IMG/VR virus record: IMGVR_UViG_3300017780_006957
Span: 32,001 to 96,000 of that record
Origin: a virus
Reading direction: 5' to 3' (one strand)
DNA: 64,000 nucleotides
The notes under the pieces are model-generated. The model saw nothing but the letters and a program-made list of their open reading frames with translations, searched no databases and was not told the origin of the DNA. The translations under genes were made by a program, and so were the position numbers. Positions within the stretch are counted from its first letter, which is position 1, and each line of letters begins with the position of its first letter. Shown here piece after piece: positions 36,064-47,435 of this stretch.

Positions 36064-39000
36064 ATGAAACACTTATTAAAGAAAATGTCTTTTGGCGGCG
36101 GTGGAATTTTTTCAAAGAAAAAACCAAAACCAAAACCAGCACAATTAAAGCCTCCCGTTCTTGGCACAATTCAATTAGCCGCTTCATTTAGTTATGTAGA
36201 GCTTTTGGATTTAGTGAGTGATGGGCCTATCCTTGGATTAGTTAATGAAAATGGCCTTGTATTATCAAGTAAAGATATGTTGCAGGGTATATATTTAGAT
36301 GATACAGCTGTCGCTGTGTCTGATGATAAAATTGTTCAAGAAATTCCCAAATTGGGTCTATCGAAAGATGTTAAAAGTACGGCTCTCGTAACGACCCTTT
36401 CTCAAGTATTCAAGAATATACAAAAATCAAATGTTTATTATACGCAAGGTATACCGCAAAATTATAAAGCAATTAATTCGTTAATTAAGTATAGCCTTTT
36501 GGCAGTTTATATGAATAAACTTATTAATTATACAACTTATGATTACATTTATACAGAAAATACAAATTTAACTAGACTGGGCCAAAGATGGTTTTTTGAA
36601 AATAAAAATAATCAATTACATACTCTTGCAGATAGTGCTTGGTGGTCAGCTAATCTTTCTCCAAAAAACGAACCACGATATACTCGTACTTTAATTCATG
36701 ACCAATTGCTGAATTTGTTTACTATTTATGACGCAAATACAAACCCCTATGAAAGATCATATCTTAAAAATATATTTGATAATAACTTTTCATCGGGATG
36801 GGAAAGCTTACATAGAGCAACGATAATCTCTAATTTTATAGATCTTATAGAGGGTCCAGGTGGGGATATGAGATATATAATTAAGGTAAACCCAACCGAC
36901 ACGGAACTCTTTTTTAAAGCTGGAGAAGCTATTTCAAAAGACAAAAAATATAAATTTTCCATGTTCAATGTCGGTGGCGATCCTATCGAATTAAGTACAG
37001 ACGTAAAAATTTATGATTTATTATTGCCGAGAATAGATGGTACTGGCAAGACCACTGGACGCGCAGTGGGATTTAGTGTTGTGTGGATCTACGCCCTCAC
37101 TCAAAGCTACAGTAAGGATGGCTATGGATATGCGGCTTTCACTATTCCACAATTTGCTATTAATGCATTATCTAATGTTTCGTATTTAGGTTTAAATGAA
37201 ATATCAATTCCTATTGAAAATAATAATACAGTTCAAAAATACAATTATAGTAACATACTTGCAGAACATAGATTAGGAGAAGAATATCAAACTCCATTCA
37301 GATATTTTAATAATGTTTTAATCGATAAAGATTATTCATCACCACTAGTTGGCCCATTTAGGGTAAATTCTTCGGTTCAGAGAATTAATGAAAATGCAAG
37401 CATGATTAATGTAGAAGGCTCCACATTAACTACTTATGATATAGATGAAGAAGGAAGTAATGATCAAAGAGGAGGTTATAACTTTAGTAATTGGGATAAA
37501 AATATAAATTCATATAATGAAAATGCTATGCCTACAACTCATGTCATTAATAACCCAAACGTTACAAGTGTTTTTATTACCATTCAAGTAGATTCTCTTG
37601 CGGACACTCTCAGCTTAGAATTAAATTCAACATTCCAAGCTGGTATGAATTATGCCAGTATTCTTAATATACAAGTAGAAACTGGATCAATAAATGAAAA
37701 GGGCGAAGAGGGGAATAAAGTTATTAGAAAATTTAAAATTTTAGCTCTAATACAAAGTTCCACTTATATTGATATAGGTAATCCAGATTTAAATGCATTT
37801 AACTCTGCTGATTATAAATTTATTAGTGAATATCCTGGTCAATCCAATACTGGAGACAATATCTTTCAACCATTTATTTTACAAGAAATAAGTGATACGG
37901 TAGTAAAAAGATATGTTAGAGTCACAAAGCTTTCTGCCGAAACAAATTCCTCCCTATTACAAAAAGAATGCTCTCTTTCAAAAGTAACAGAGATTATTCC
38001 ACAAAATTTTAGTTATCCAAATTCGGCAATAATCGCTACAAAAATTGATTCTAGGAGTTTTGGCAGCATACCAACAAGGGTATTTGATTGTAAATTAAAA
38101 AAAGTTCGTGTTCCAAGCAATTATTATCCTATTCTTTCAAATGGAAAAGATAAAAGATATTATTCATCAGAACTTAGTTTCAATCAAACACAATCATTAG
38201 ATAAAATAGTTTATGATGGAGACTGGGATGGTGAATTTAAAATAGATCCCAAAACTAATCAATATCTTTTAGAGTGGACAGATAATCCTGCTTGGATTCT
38301 TTTAGATTTAATTACAAACTCAAGATATGGTCTTGGTCAATATATGGATGATAGTCAGATTGATATTTTTGATTTATATAAAATAGCTAGATTCTGTGAT
38401 GCCGTAGATGACTTTGGATATTTTCAAGGAGTTCCAGATGGACAAGGAGGTTTAGAGCCTAGATTCTCTTGTAATATTTTATTTGAAGAAAACACAAAAG
38501 TGTTTGACGCTTTGAATGTTATTGCTTCTCTTTTTAGAGGTATTATTTATTATAGTAATTCTCAAATTAATTTTGTTGATGATAGGCCCAAAGATGCAAT
38601 CGCTTTATTCTCAAATACAAATGTCAAAGATGGTATTTTTAACTATAGTAATTATCGTCGTGACGAACAATTTAATTCTATAGAAGTAGTTTATATTGAT
38701 AGATTTGAAAATTATTTAACAAAGATTGAATACATTGAAGATGAAGAAGATATTAGAAAGAGGGGCATTTTCAAAAAAACAATAAATGCCAATGGAGTAA
38801 CTTCAAGAGCAATGGCAAGAAGATTAGGCAAGCATTTGATCTTTCAAACTATTAAAGAAAATCAGAGTGTAAGTTTTTCCACTGGTCTTGAAGCTTTATT
38901 CTGTAAGCCTGGAGATTTGATCATAGTCGAAGATGAACTCAAAAATTTAAAAAGTAATTTTGGTAAAGTTTTATCTACTAACACTCAATCTGGATCAATT

Positions 39001-40272
39001 AGACTAAATGAAAAATTCATTAGTGGAGAATTTGATAATAGATTAACTGTTTATACTCCTACTGGATATTCAACTAATGATGAAATTTTAGAGATAGCTA
39101 ATTTACAAAGATCTAGAGTTCATGGTTCTGGATTTTATTTAAATTCGGGCAATTTACCTTCGACTTATTATGCCTACCTTACGGGAGATTATATATTTTC
39201 TAAATATACAGATGGGTATGCTGGAGAAGTTGCACCTCCGAAACAAAACCAATACGCTTTCTATACTGGTTCAAATTCAAAATTTTGTTATTATTCAACA
39301 GGATTTACTGGTTGGGTTTTAGGGACAGGGGTTTCGTTCTCTGACAATAATACATATAGTAAGATTATTTTTGGAACTGGTGATTCTGAATTTACTGAAG
39401 TTAATAGGGGAAAATATAATATTTATAATACTGCCAGCGGAGATAGAAGAAGCGGTATCGCTGCTGATACTAATTCAGCAAATGCAATTACTGGAGTTAA
39501 TTCATTATTTAAAGATGTTAGCGGAAGTTTACAACCAACTCACGGATTACTAGATTCAGATATTATCTTAAGCAGCCCGTCCCAGATAACAACATTTAAT
39601 ATTTCAGGAATAGTTCAATATGATTACGGTTGCGAGGCTTTTGTCGATTCTTCTGATATAAATTATTCTCTAGTTCCATTCGTCAAGGAGGGTTCTGTAT
39701 ATAGATTCCAAAGGACACTTTCAGACGATCAACTTTATAAAGTAATTTCAATAAAAGAAGAAAATATTAATGAATATTCTCTTATATGTACTAAATTTGA
39801 TACTGGCAAATATGCCCTTATTGAAAATGATAAAAGTATTGAATATCAATCAAATACTTATAGTTATACTGTAAGTCAAAAGATTGGAAATATTAATTAT
39901 CAAGTATTAAGCACACCTAATATCCAGCAATTAACGACGGGTTTGAATGAGTCTAGTCAATTTTATATAAGTGGGAGCTGGAAACAGGTTTTAAATAATC
40001 AAGGATATAATGTTAATATTAAAAACTCACAAGGAGTAGTTGAAAGTCAAGTTTTAGCAACAAATATAACTGGCGCTGAATTTTATGTGGATGGTATTGG
40101 CAACTATTCATTTAGAGTAAACGCAATTGGTTCTGTCCCAAATCCCGCCCAAAATAATGCAAATTTCTATACCGACTCGGATTATTCTGAATCTGGCTTA
40201 TTTTTAATATATGAAGAAGGAAACCTTCTTAATTATGATAGACCTTATTTATCATCAGTAACAATTTTATAA
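36064..40272 (+). CDS. central tail fibre / host-specificity protein J
   Basis: LVSDGPI.GLV, YP.SA, V.VPSNY, WDG.FK, WTDNPAW...D...N.RYGLG, EPRFSCN, PGD.I.V.D. Confidence 0.9.
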   Translation: MKHLLKKMSFGGGGIFSKKKPKPKPAQLKPPVLGTIQLAASFSYVELLDLVSDGPILGLVNENGLVLSSKDMLQGIYLDDTAVAVSDDKIVQEIPKLGLSKDVKSTALVTTLSQVFKNIQKSNVYYTQGIPQNYKAINSLIKYSLLAVYMNKLINYTTYDYIYTENTNLTRLGQRWFFENKNNQLHTLADSAWWSANLSPKNEPRYTRTLIHDQLLNLFTIYDANTNPYERSYLKNIFDNNFSSGWESLHRATIISNFIDLIEGPGGDMRYIIKVNPTDTELFFKAGEAISKDKKYKFSMFNVGGDPIELSTDVKIYDLLLPRIDGTGKTTGRAVGFSVVWIYALTQSYSKDGYGYAAFTIPQFAINALSNVSYLGLNEISIPIENNNTVQKYNYSNILAEHRLGEEYQTPFRYFNNVLIDKDYSSPLVGPFRVNSSVQRINENASMINVEGSTLTTYDIDEEGSNDQRGGYNFSNWDKNINSYNENAMPTTHVINNPNVTSVFITIQVDSLADTLSLELNSTFQAGMNYASILNIQVETGSINEKGEEGNKVIRKFKILALIQSSTYIDIGNPDLNAFNSADYKFISEYPGQSNTGDNIFQPFILQEISDTVVKRYVRVTKLSAETNSSLLQKECSLSKVTEIIPQNFSYPNSAIIATKIDSRSFGSIPTRVFDCKLKKVRVPSNYYPILSNGKDKRYYSSELSFNQTQSLDKIVYDGDWDGEFKIDPKTNQYLLEWTDNPAWILLDLITNSRYGLGQYMDDSQIDIFDLYKIARFCDAVDDFGYFQGVPDGQGGLEPRFSCNILFEENTKVFDALNVIASLFRGIIYYSNSQINFVDDRPKDAIALFSNTNVKDGIFNYSNYRRDEQFNSIEVVYIDRFENYLTKIEYIEDEEDIRKRGIFKKTINANGVTSRAMARRLGKHLIFQTIKENQSVSFSTGLEALFCKPGDLIIVEDELKNLKSNFGKVLSTNTQSGSIRLNEKFISGEFDNRLTVYTPTGYSTNDEILEIANLQRSRVHGSGFYLNSGNLPSTYYAYLTGDYIFSKYTDGYAGEVAPPKQNQYAFYTGSNSKFCYYSTGFTGWVLGTGVSFSDNNTYSKIIFGTGDSEFTEVNRGKYNIYNTASGDRRSGIAADTNSANAITGVNSLFKDVSGSLQPTHGLLDSDIILSSPSQITTFNISGIVQYDYGCEAFVDSSDINYSLVPFVKEGSVYRFQRTLSDDQLYKVISIKEENINEYSLICTKFDTGKYALIENDKSIEYQSNTYSYTVSQKIGNINYQVLSTPNIQQLTTGLNESSQFYISGSWKQVLNNQGYNVNIKNSQGVVESQVLATNITGAEFYVDGIGNYSFRVNAIGSVPNPAQNNANFYTDSDYSESGLFLIYEEGNLLNYDRPYLSSVTIL

Positions 40273-40273
40273 A

Positions 40274-42289
40274 ATGTATAAATCTAACTTACAAATAATA
40301 TATTCTTGGCCTGAGGGTCAAGATGATCTTGATTCAGTGACTTCTTTTTTGGGTTACTCTGTAGGCTATGGTTATGTAGATGGAGACATTCCGCCATACA
40401 TCACATTTTCTACTGACGATACAAATGCTGGTCCAGAAATTGTTACAATAGATTTGCAGCAAGCCTATTTGGATGGCGCAATTGGTCCTTTTGTTAATAT
40501 TCCTTGTCATGCTGATTGGTTTCCCTCGGCAGGTGGGTCTGGGCCAGCTACTATTACATGGATTTATGATGGACAATCTTATAGCGAGACTATATATCCA
40601 AATAGTATAAATCATGCAGGAAGCATATTTAAAACATTAGTTAAAAATCTTGGAATTGGTGGCGGAAAAATTGCTCCATATAGTAATAATATTATTTATG
40701 AATTCGAACCAATATTCGATTTAAATACTGGTGATTTATCTATTACCGCAACTGGTTATGCTGTTCATCGCGCAAAAGACGTGTCTTTTGTTTTTAATGT
40801 AACAGATAGACAATTAAATATTTTAAATTCTCCTAGTGCTTTATTGGAGAATCCATTCGTAAGAAGCGTAGATATTGATATTTTAGATATATCTGGAAAT
40901 ACTGTATATGATAATTATATCACAGGCTCTTTCAACAACTCTTTTACTTTAACTGAGGCAGAAAATACTGGAATATTTGGAATTTATACTAAAGATTTTG
41001 GAATTGGAATTTCTACCGTAGGCGAAAACGCAAATATACACTCTAGTAGATATTTTGTTTATGGTAATGCTTTAGAAATAGAATCCATTTCTATTACTGA
41101 TTCTAGTGGCGCTTGGCTTAATAATAATCCCAATCAGTATCAATCTTATATTCCATATTCGACATCAGGAAACGACATGAATGCTCAAAATGTCACAAAT
41201 AATGCTTTATATATAGATGAATATAAAGATTATGTTAGTGGTTATTTTGCAGAGATATCGGGATTGATTCCGTTTGCAATTCTTAGCGGCGAATCTTTGA
41301 AAATTGATTGGGGTACTGGCCAAATTGATACAATTTTTACTCAAACTGGAGCGAGCGGATTTTCATCAATTTCTGGAGTTAGTGATTTCAATACTTATAC
41401 AGGCGATGCCTTACTGACATCTTTAATTGATCCTACTGGAATTGATGGACAAACTTATAGTTTCATAACTGGATGTAATTATCCAACTGGGGTAACTGGT
41501 GTCTATGATATAAAATTTTATTATAGTGGAATAGGAAGCACGGGAAATGAGCTTATTAAAACTACTCAATATAGAATCCCAGATGAACTAAAGAGCCAAG
41601 GAAAGCCTCAGATTGGAGATTCAGCTACTGGACAAATTGATTTTAATATTGAATTTGAAAATAACCCATTATATACTAATTCAAATAAACTAAGCTTATA
41701 TCTAAATACTGGAAGTGGTATAGAATTAAATACTGGAAATTTAGTTTCAACTATCCCTATATTAACAAATTTAAAAAATTATTCATTCACTCTTAATAAT
41801 TCATTAATTAAACCAAATATTCCACAATGGTTTAAAGTCGCGCCATCTAGCGAAATAACAACTGGATACGCTTGGGAAATTGGACCTTATAATATATATC
41901 AGGCCCCCGCTCCCAAAACAAATATTAGTTCAGAATCATTCTCATTATTAAATGGAGACTCAGAAGCTAATATAGATTTCCTTACTGGATCGGTTAAGAC
42001 TAGTTCTATAACTACTATTGATACTTTATTAAAGGGGGCAAGATATAGTTATGAATATCTTACTCAATTTAGAGATCAATCTGGATGTTATTGCTCTTCC
42101 AAGATCCTTATTGTTGATAATACATCGGGAATAGATCTATCAAGAACGGGTTTATCGTTTTCTGAGTATTCAATAAGCGATGATTCGTTTGTTAATTATT
42201 CCATTAGCGGAGATAATCAAAATATCTACTTGAATGCTCAGTTAAATACTCCAACTGGAATTTATAAACTTTATAAAACGTCTATCTGA
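40274..42289 (+). CDS. putative tail-associated protein
   Basis: 671 aa, immediately after J, S/T/G-rich. Confidence 0.65.
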   Translation: MYKSNLQIIYSWPEGQDDLDSVTSFLGYSVGYGYVDGDIPPYITFSTDDTNAGPEIVTIDLQQAYLDGAIGPFVNIPCHADWFPSAGGSGPATITWIYDGQSYSETIYPNSINHAGSIFKTLVKNLGIGGGKIAPYSNNIIYEFEPIFDLNTGDLSITATGYAVHRAKDVSFVFNVTDRQLNILNSPSALLENPFVRSVDIDILDISGNTVYDNYITGSFNNSFTLTEAENTGIFGIYTKDFGIGISTVGENANIHSSRYFVYGNALEIESISITDSSGAWLNNNPNQYQSYIPYSTSGNDMNAQNVTNNALYIDEYKDYVSGYFAEISGLIPFAILSGESLKIDWGTGQIDTIFTQTGASGFSSISGVSDFNTYTGDALLTSLIDPTGIDGQTYSFITGCNYPTGVTGVYDIKFYYSGIGSTGNELIKTTQYRIPDELKSQGKPQIGDSATGQIDFNIEFENNPLYTNSNKLSLYLNTGSGIELNTGNLVSTIPILTNLKNYSFTLNNSLIKPNIPQWFKVAPSSEITTGYAWEIGPYNIYQAPAPKTNISSESFSLLNGDSEANIDFLTGSVKTSSITTIDTLLKGARYSYEYLTQFRDQSGCYCSSKILIVDNTSGIDLSRTGLSFSEYSISDDSFVNYSISGDNQNIYLNAQLNTPTGIYKLYKTSI

Positions 42290-42474
42290 TAAGCATTGAA
42301 ATCTGGATTATTATCTTTTTTGAAATCATTTTTATAAATTGATAGAATTACTTTTTGAGTAGTTCCATCTTTTAATTTTATTTCAATAGTTCCAGAAAGA
42401 TATTGTCGGTCAGCTTTTGTTTTTTTAATCCAAAAGCCTCCGACTTTTTTGTTGCTCCAATTATTTTTTTCCAT
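42271..42474 (-). CDS. hypothetical protein (DUF736-like)
   Basis: VGGFW.K......YLSG...K...PD. Confidence 0.6.
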   Translation of the reverse strand: MEKNNWSNKKVGGFWIKKTKADRQYLSGTIEIKLKDGTTQKVILSIYKNDFKKDNNPDFNAYQIDVL

Positions 42475-42628
42475 TTAGAGTCTCTCTCGTCATCTCAATA
42501 AAGATGCCTCGACTGTCTTGTGGAATTTTATTATACTGTTTCTTAACTCTCCTATAAACTCTTCGCGTAATAGGATTTGTAATATCTCCAATAGCTTTTC
42601 TTAGTTTTTTTGCTGTTCTGTTGTTCAT
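42461..42628 (-). CDS. small basic hypothetical protein (55 aa)
   Basis: MNNRTAKKLRK...TRRVYRRVKKQY; fills the gap with overlapping start/stop. Confidence 0.6.
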   Translation of the reverse strand: MNNRTAKKLRKAIGDITNPITRRVYRRVKKQYNKIPQDSRGIFIEMTRETLNGKK

Positions 42629-43080
42629 AATTCTGTAATAAATGTTTCTGTATCTTTTATAAAACCCATCTTTTCATAAAAACTCATTACTCCGTGGGAA
42701 TGGGGATGTTTCATTACCCTATTCATTGTAACATATTTAAATTTATTTTGTTTAGCAAAATTTATAGCTTCTTTAAATAATTTATAACCCATTTTAGGAT
42801 TCTTTGATAACCAAAGATATTCAGAAAAAATTCTTTCATTAAATTTCGCATTTTTATCATTAAAAAACATAATAATACAATCGTAATTGTTCCCATTGTG
42901 GTTTGCCCATACAAACATATCCCATGCTAAAATATGCTTATTGCCGAAACAGTTTATAATTGTTTCTTTACTGTGTTTTAAAAAATGATGACCTTGATTT
43001 TCGTTTTCAAATTCGAAAAGAGTCGAGATGTCCGAAATTAATGATTCGAAATCTTTGGGATCTAAGATTCTTTTAATCAT
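42625..43080 (-). CDS. GNAT-like acetyltransferase
   Basis: G.KL...AINFAK...SFYEKMGF motif B. Confidence 0.65.
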   Translation of the reverse strand: MIKRILDPKDFESLISDISTLFEFENENQGHHFLKHSKETIINCFGNKHILAWDMFVWANHNGNNYDCIIMFFNDKNAKFNERIFSEYLWLSKNPKMGYKLFKEAINFAKQNKFKYVTMNRVMKHPHSHGVMSFYEKMGFIKDTETFITEL

Positions 43081-43901
43081 TTTTTATTGATCAAAGGAAG
43101 AAGAATTCGGGCTTCTTTAGCTGGAATATCTTCAAATTGTTTCCAGTCTTTAATTCCTTCATAACGATACTTTTCTAATGACCAGAGATCTCTTAAAATG
43201 ATCCTGAAGCCTTCGAAATCTGCAACACCGTGTTTCTCTCGCAAAGTCTTTTCAAGGATGCCCGTTGGAGTTACAGGGATGATAGAACTGTCGTGTCCAG
43301 AAGATTCAACTGATGGGCCGAATGAATTCTTGGATTTATCAATTTCATCTGCTCCGACAATATGAATATTAAGGAAATTACGAACACAACGAACAAATGC
43401 TCGATTACATGCTATAGTCTCAAGAAACTTCGCGCAGAAATCATCTGTATTAGCGAGTGTGGCATTGGCTACATCTTCATAACAAACATGAAAGTCAGCA
43501 GTATGCTCATAATTAGTAATCCAAGAAATCCTACATTTTGCTACAACATAATTCTCATTAACATGATTAATATCGTATGAAACAGAGTGAAACCCGCGAA
43601 GCTTTGCAATTTCCTTGATGCCCCCAAGCATAATAAGAAGTTGATTGTCCTTTAATCCTTCAACAGAAGACGGCGCTTCTTTCTTGCGAATATCAAACCA
43701 CCCTTTATTTGGATAAAGGAATTCGTCTTTAATCATCTTGCGCCAATTAACTGAACCGTCGTCATTAAACACATATGATTGAGACTCAATCAGTCCATAT
43801 TCATTTCTTTTATATTTTTCATGAAACGCTAACGGAGGAATAGAAGATGGTTCTATTTCCTGTGTGATTTCTTCTTCTTGTTTTGATTTAATTTTGCTCA
43901 T
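43077..43901 (-). CDS. hypothetical protein, possibly ssDNA-annealing (Rad52/Sak-like)
   Basis: GIKEIA..RG...ETIACNRAFVRCVR; weak resemblance only. Confidence 0.5.
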   Translation of the reverse strand: MSKIKSKQEEEITQEIEPSSIPPLAFHEKYKRNEYGLIESQSYVFNDDGSVNWRKMIKDEFLYPNKGWFDIRKKEAPSSVEGLKDNQLLIMLGGIKEIAKLRGFHSVSYDINHVNENYVVAKCRISWITNYEHTADFHVCYEDVANATLANTDDFCAKFLETIACNRAFVRCVRNFLNIHIVGADEIDKSKNSFGPSVESSGHDSSIIPVTPTGILEKTLREKHGVADFEGFRIILRDLWSLEKYRYEGIKDWKQFEDIPAKEARILLPLINKK

Positions 43902-45042
43902 AGATATAAAAGTGTTCTTGCTCTTCCCAGTATTTAGGAGTATCCAACACATTCATTCTTTGGTCAACACTTTTTTCTTTAATTCTACAATGAGCTAAAC
44001 TTGGATATTCAACACCATTCTCAAAAACTCTTTTGCCAGAAAGAAAAAGATTTTTGGATGAAATGTTTTCTGGTTTTTCTTTATTTTGAGAATAAAAATT
44101 TACCGAATGATCAAAATATTTATTTTTTAAATATGAAAAATCCTCTTCTATTTTCGTCATTAATTGCAACTCAATGCCCCAAAGTTTTAAGATTTCAAAA
44201 TACTTTTCTGGTATTTCTCCAAAACTTTTGTCGATAAAAACTGATATTTTTTTAATATTATGTCTATTTTTTTCCAATCCAGATAGTTGGATGAGCTGAT
44301 TAGCAACTATACAAACTTTATAATTTTCACAATATTTTATAAAAGCTTCTTGATCATATCCTTCGTCAACCCTTAAAAATAATAGTTCATTTTGATTAAT
44401 GGGTATTGGAGTGAAAGACGTAGGAACGACTTCGGTAATCCCATTATTGAATAATTCACCAACTTTAATTGTTTTAAAATTTATTCTTTTATTAATTTTT
44501 AATAGATCTAAAATAGATTGAGCAATTTGTTCTACTTTTATTTTATTAATTTCTGATTTTGGATCTTGTAAATTTAAACATGGTTTAACATCCCAAATTG
44601 GAGCAATATCTTTTTTCTTATCATTTTTTGACCAATAGCCATTACTAATGCTTGGATATGTATTGCCAAATAAATTAACCAACGGGGCGTTTTTGCTACT
44701 CACATAATGCGAATAAACATTATCTACCCCAATATGTAATAATGAATTAGATAAGATGTTTGCATACTGCTTAAATGATAACCCACCTAAAACTTTATTA
44801 ACACCATTTAGAGCGCGACCCTTGCAATCAATTTGAATAATTTTTATATTTTGTTGCTGAAGGATTGGGTTTATTAAATCCAGCATTAAATTAAAATGTT
44901 TATAGTTTTTAGATTGTATATTTTCTTCAGAATAAATAGTAATATATTTGTTTTCTGGAATGGGAAAATAATGTTCTGAAATTATTGGTTTTGATATTAA
45001 AACTCCTAAATTTTTTGCGTATTCTTCTAAAATGTGAGACAT
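43888..45042 (-). CDS. GT9 (heptosyltransferase)-like glycosyltransferase
   Basis: K.Y..F, LS..Q.A.I..S.LHIGVD....H.......V.LFG.T. Confidence 0.65.
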   Translation of the reverse strand: MSHILEEYAKNLGVLISKPIISEHYFPIPENKYITIYSEENIQSKNYKHFNLMLDLINPILQQQNIKIIQIDCKGRALNGVNKVLGGLSFKQYANILSNSLLHIGVDNVYSHYVSSKNAPLVNLFGNTYPSISNGYWSKNDKKKDIAPIWDVKPCLNLQDPKSEINKIKVEQIAQSILDLLKINKRINFKTIKVGELFNNGITEVVPTSFTPIPINQNELLFLRVDEGYDQEAFIKYCENYKVCIVANQLIQLSGLEKNRHNIKKISVFIDKSFGEIPEKYFEILKLWGIELQLMTKIEEDFSYLKNKYFDHSVNFYSQNKEKPENISSKNLFLSGKRVFENGVEYPSLAHCRIKEKSVDQRMNVLDTPKYWEEQEHFYIYEQN

Positions 45043-45043
45043 A

Positions 45044-46948
45044 TTATTCTGATAATGAAAATTGATGTTTGTTTACCCCGTTATGTAAATAACAGATATT
45101 TTTCTGAGTTGTTGTATGGGGATAGAAAGCCATTTCAAAAAATCCTTTATGATCGCCGCCGCCCTCTAGAATTAAAATATTTTCTAATAATTCTGAATAT
45201 TCCATGCATTTATATATATACGGGTTATCTTCGATAAAATTAAAATATTCTGGTCTAGTGAATATATAGATATTGTATTGGGGATACTGTTTTTTTAAAT
45301 TTTTCATCAACGAATTAATTAATAAAACATCAGTATCTGATTGTGGGATAATTACTGCAATTCTTTTGCCCTCATCTTTGGAGTCGAACAAAGAGCCAAA
45401 ATCAATTTTTATATTTTTAGAATTTAATTGTTTTGAAATATTTCTAAAATGTTCGATAATTTGATTACCATTTATTTCATTGCTTTCAATTTTATTTATC
45501 CAAAATTTAAATGCGCTTGAGTTAACATCTACATCTTCATTTGCAAAATTCTTATGTAAATCAATTATGAATTCATGAGCGTTCATGTTTTCTTTTGGAT
45601 TGTAATTTTCATTTAAAACAATTGGTGTGTTTTCAAAGTCATAATCTACAGTAGGCATATTATCAATAATATCCTCTAATTGTTTACCTATAACTTCTAT
45701 TGAAAAATTATCTATAGCCCACTGGCGAGAAATCTTTTCAATTTCGCGTTTAGTGGTTTGATCCATTTTATAAACATTCTCAATTTCTGAACATATGCTA
45801 TCAGAATCAGTCGATGCTTTAATGAATTGAGTTCCAGGTTCTCGATATTCGCTCCACTTCAATGGGACTCCCCCACTTTCTATTGAGCAATTGTCCTCCC
45901 CACAAGAATAATCTGTGACAAGTGTTATTAGTTCTGTTAACTTGGCTTCTTGGATTGGTATTTCTTGACCGCCGCTAGTGAATGGGTGGCAGTATAAATC
46001 CATTAAGTTGTATATTTCGTTCAGCTGTGTTTCGGAAACTCCTTGACTAACATTGGTTGTATTAACGGATTTTGCAGTATTGCATTTTGGGCAATTTTGT
46101 TCTTGACCAGTGAATGGCCTCACTTCATATGAATTACATTTTGAACAAAAATAAGTTGTTAAAATATCATTTGAATTTATATTCTTTTCTCTCAAAAATT
46201 CTGGAATATTCCAACCTTCACTCCAATGGGTATGTAAAAGTAATTTAGCTTTAACTTGTGGATTTTTATTTTGAAACTTTTTAAATCCATCTAAAATGTT
46301 AGGGACTGATTTTCTTAATTGGTTTCTAAATACAAATCCAATTATAAAATTATCTTTTGGTATATTGTTTTTCTCTCTTAGCGCAGACCTTTCTTCATCG
46401 CTAAATCTAAAAAAGTTTTTAGTATCCAAAGATCCTCTTAGAGTTTTAATATGATTATATCCAATTTTATTGAATGCTTTTTCTGCAAATGATGCCCAAA
46501 CAAAATAGTTTTTAATTTTGGGTGCAAAATCAATAGCTTGTTGCAGAATTGGCAAACTATCTAAAGTCGTCCATACCATACAATTGACTTTATTCCACCA
46601 AGGCTTTTTATCAAAATCGTTAAAAGCCCAGATATCTTCTATTCCAATGTATACGTCTGGCTTAACTTTTTTGATAATATCGTCAATCATTAATGCCCCA
46701 TATCCAGCAGATCTTTGCTGTTCTTGATTTAATGATTGTAGTGTTTGGGCGGGAGGTAGGGTTCCGTAGCATTCCCACGGAACCGTTTTCGTTATTGGGT
46801 CTTGAAAACCAATTCCATTTGCAGCTTCTACTATAGTATATTTTCCAGTAGAAAATAAATAACGTAAAATATTTTTTTTATTTTTACCAAAACCTGTAAA
46901 AGCTTTGCAAAAATTAGAATGAATTAATACAGTTTTTTTATTTGTCAT
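45044..46948 (-). CDS. GT4-family glycosyltransferase with Zn-ribbon insert
   Basis: TGFG, GFVFRNQLRK, L.EIYN.MD....P..GGQEIPIQEA. Confidence 0.8.
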   Translation of the reverse strand: MTNKKTVLIHSNFCKAFTGFGKNKKNILRYLFSTGKYTIVEAANGIGFQDPITKTVPWECYGTLPPAQTLQSLNQEQQRSAGYGALMIDDIIKKVKPDVYIGIEDIWAFNDFDKKPWWNKVNCMVWTTLDSLPILQQAIDFAPKIKNYFVWASFAEKAFNKIGYNHIKTLRGSLDTKNFFRFSDEERSALREKNNIPKDNFIIGFVFRNQLRKSVPNILDGFKKFQNKNPQVKAKLLLHTHWSEGWNIPEFLREKNINSNDILTTYFCSKCNSYEVRPFTGQEQNCPKCNTAKSVNTTNVSQGVSETQLNEIYNLMDLYCHPFTSGGQEIPIQEAKLTELITLVTDYSCGEDNCSIESGGVPLKWSEYREPGTQFIKASTDSDSICSEIENVYKMDQTTKREIEKISRQWAIDNFSIEVIGKQLEDIIDNMPTVDYDFENTPIVLNENYNPKENMNAHEFIIDLHKNFANEDVDVNSSAFKFWINKIESNEINGNQIIEHFRNISKQLNSKNIKIDFGSLFDSKDEGKRIAVIIPQSDTDVLLINSLMKNLKKQYPQYNIYIFTRPEYFNFIEDNPYIYKCMEYSELLENILILEGGGDHKGFFEMAFYPHTTTQKNICYLHNGVNKHQFSLSE

Positions 46949-47402
46949 TTGCTGCTTGTCTTGCGTAATAAATTTCATTTAATGCAAATTTGAAAAATTG
47001 GCACAAAGCATAAGCCTCTGACATCTCTACCCCCATACCAAATTTATTTGCGGAATTTCTAATAATAGAAAATGAAAAAGCTTTTTGTCCATTCTTTTTC
47101 GTATAAGGCTTGAAAGATATTGCAGTTTTATTTTCCTCATATGTATGAAAAGCAGAAAATTCTGTATACTGTTCAATGGCGTAAATAAATCCACCTAGTT
47201 CGTTCTCGTTTAATTTGAGAGAAATTGATTTTTCTGGATTTTTGGAATTTTCAGAAAATGAGCCATTTTTTGTTTTTTCATTCCAAGAAAATTGCTGAAT
47301 GGCTGTTATAAAAATTGACGGCTCTTTATTTTTATTGCCAGTTCCTAATTGGAATCCAAAAGCAGATCCAGTATTGCTGGAGTTTGGTTTGTATAATTTC
47401 AT
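46938..47402 (-). CDS. hypothetical protein
   Basis: ORF with TATAAT 5 nt upstream of ATG. Confidence 0.7.
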   Translation of the reverse strand: MKLYKPNSSNTGSAFGFQLGTGNKNKEPSIFITAIQQFSWNEKTKNGSFSENSKNPEKSISLKLNENELGGFIYAIEQYTEFSAFHTYEENKTAISFKPYTKKNGQKAFSFSIIRNSANKFGMGVEMSEAYALCQFFKFALNEIYYARQAANDK

Positions 47403-47435
47403 GCAAGATTATATCAAATTTATTTAAAAAATCTA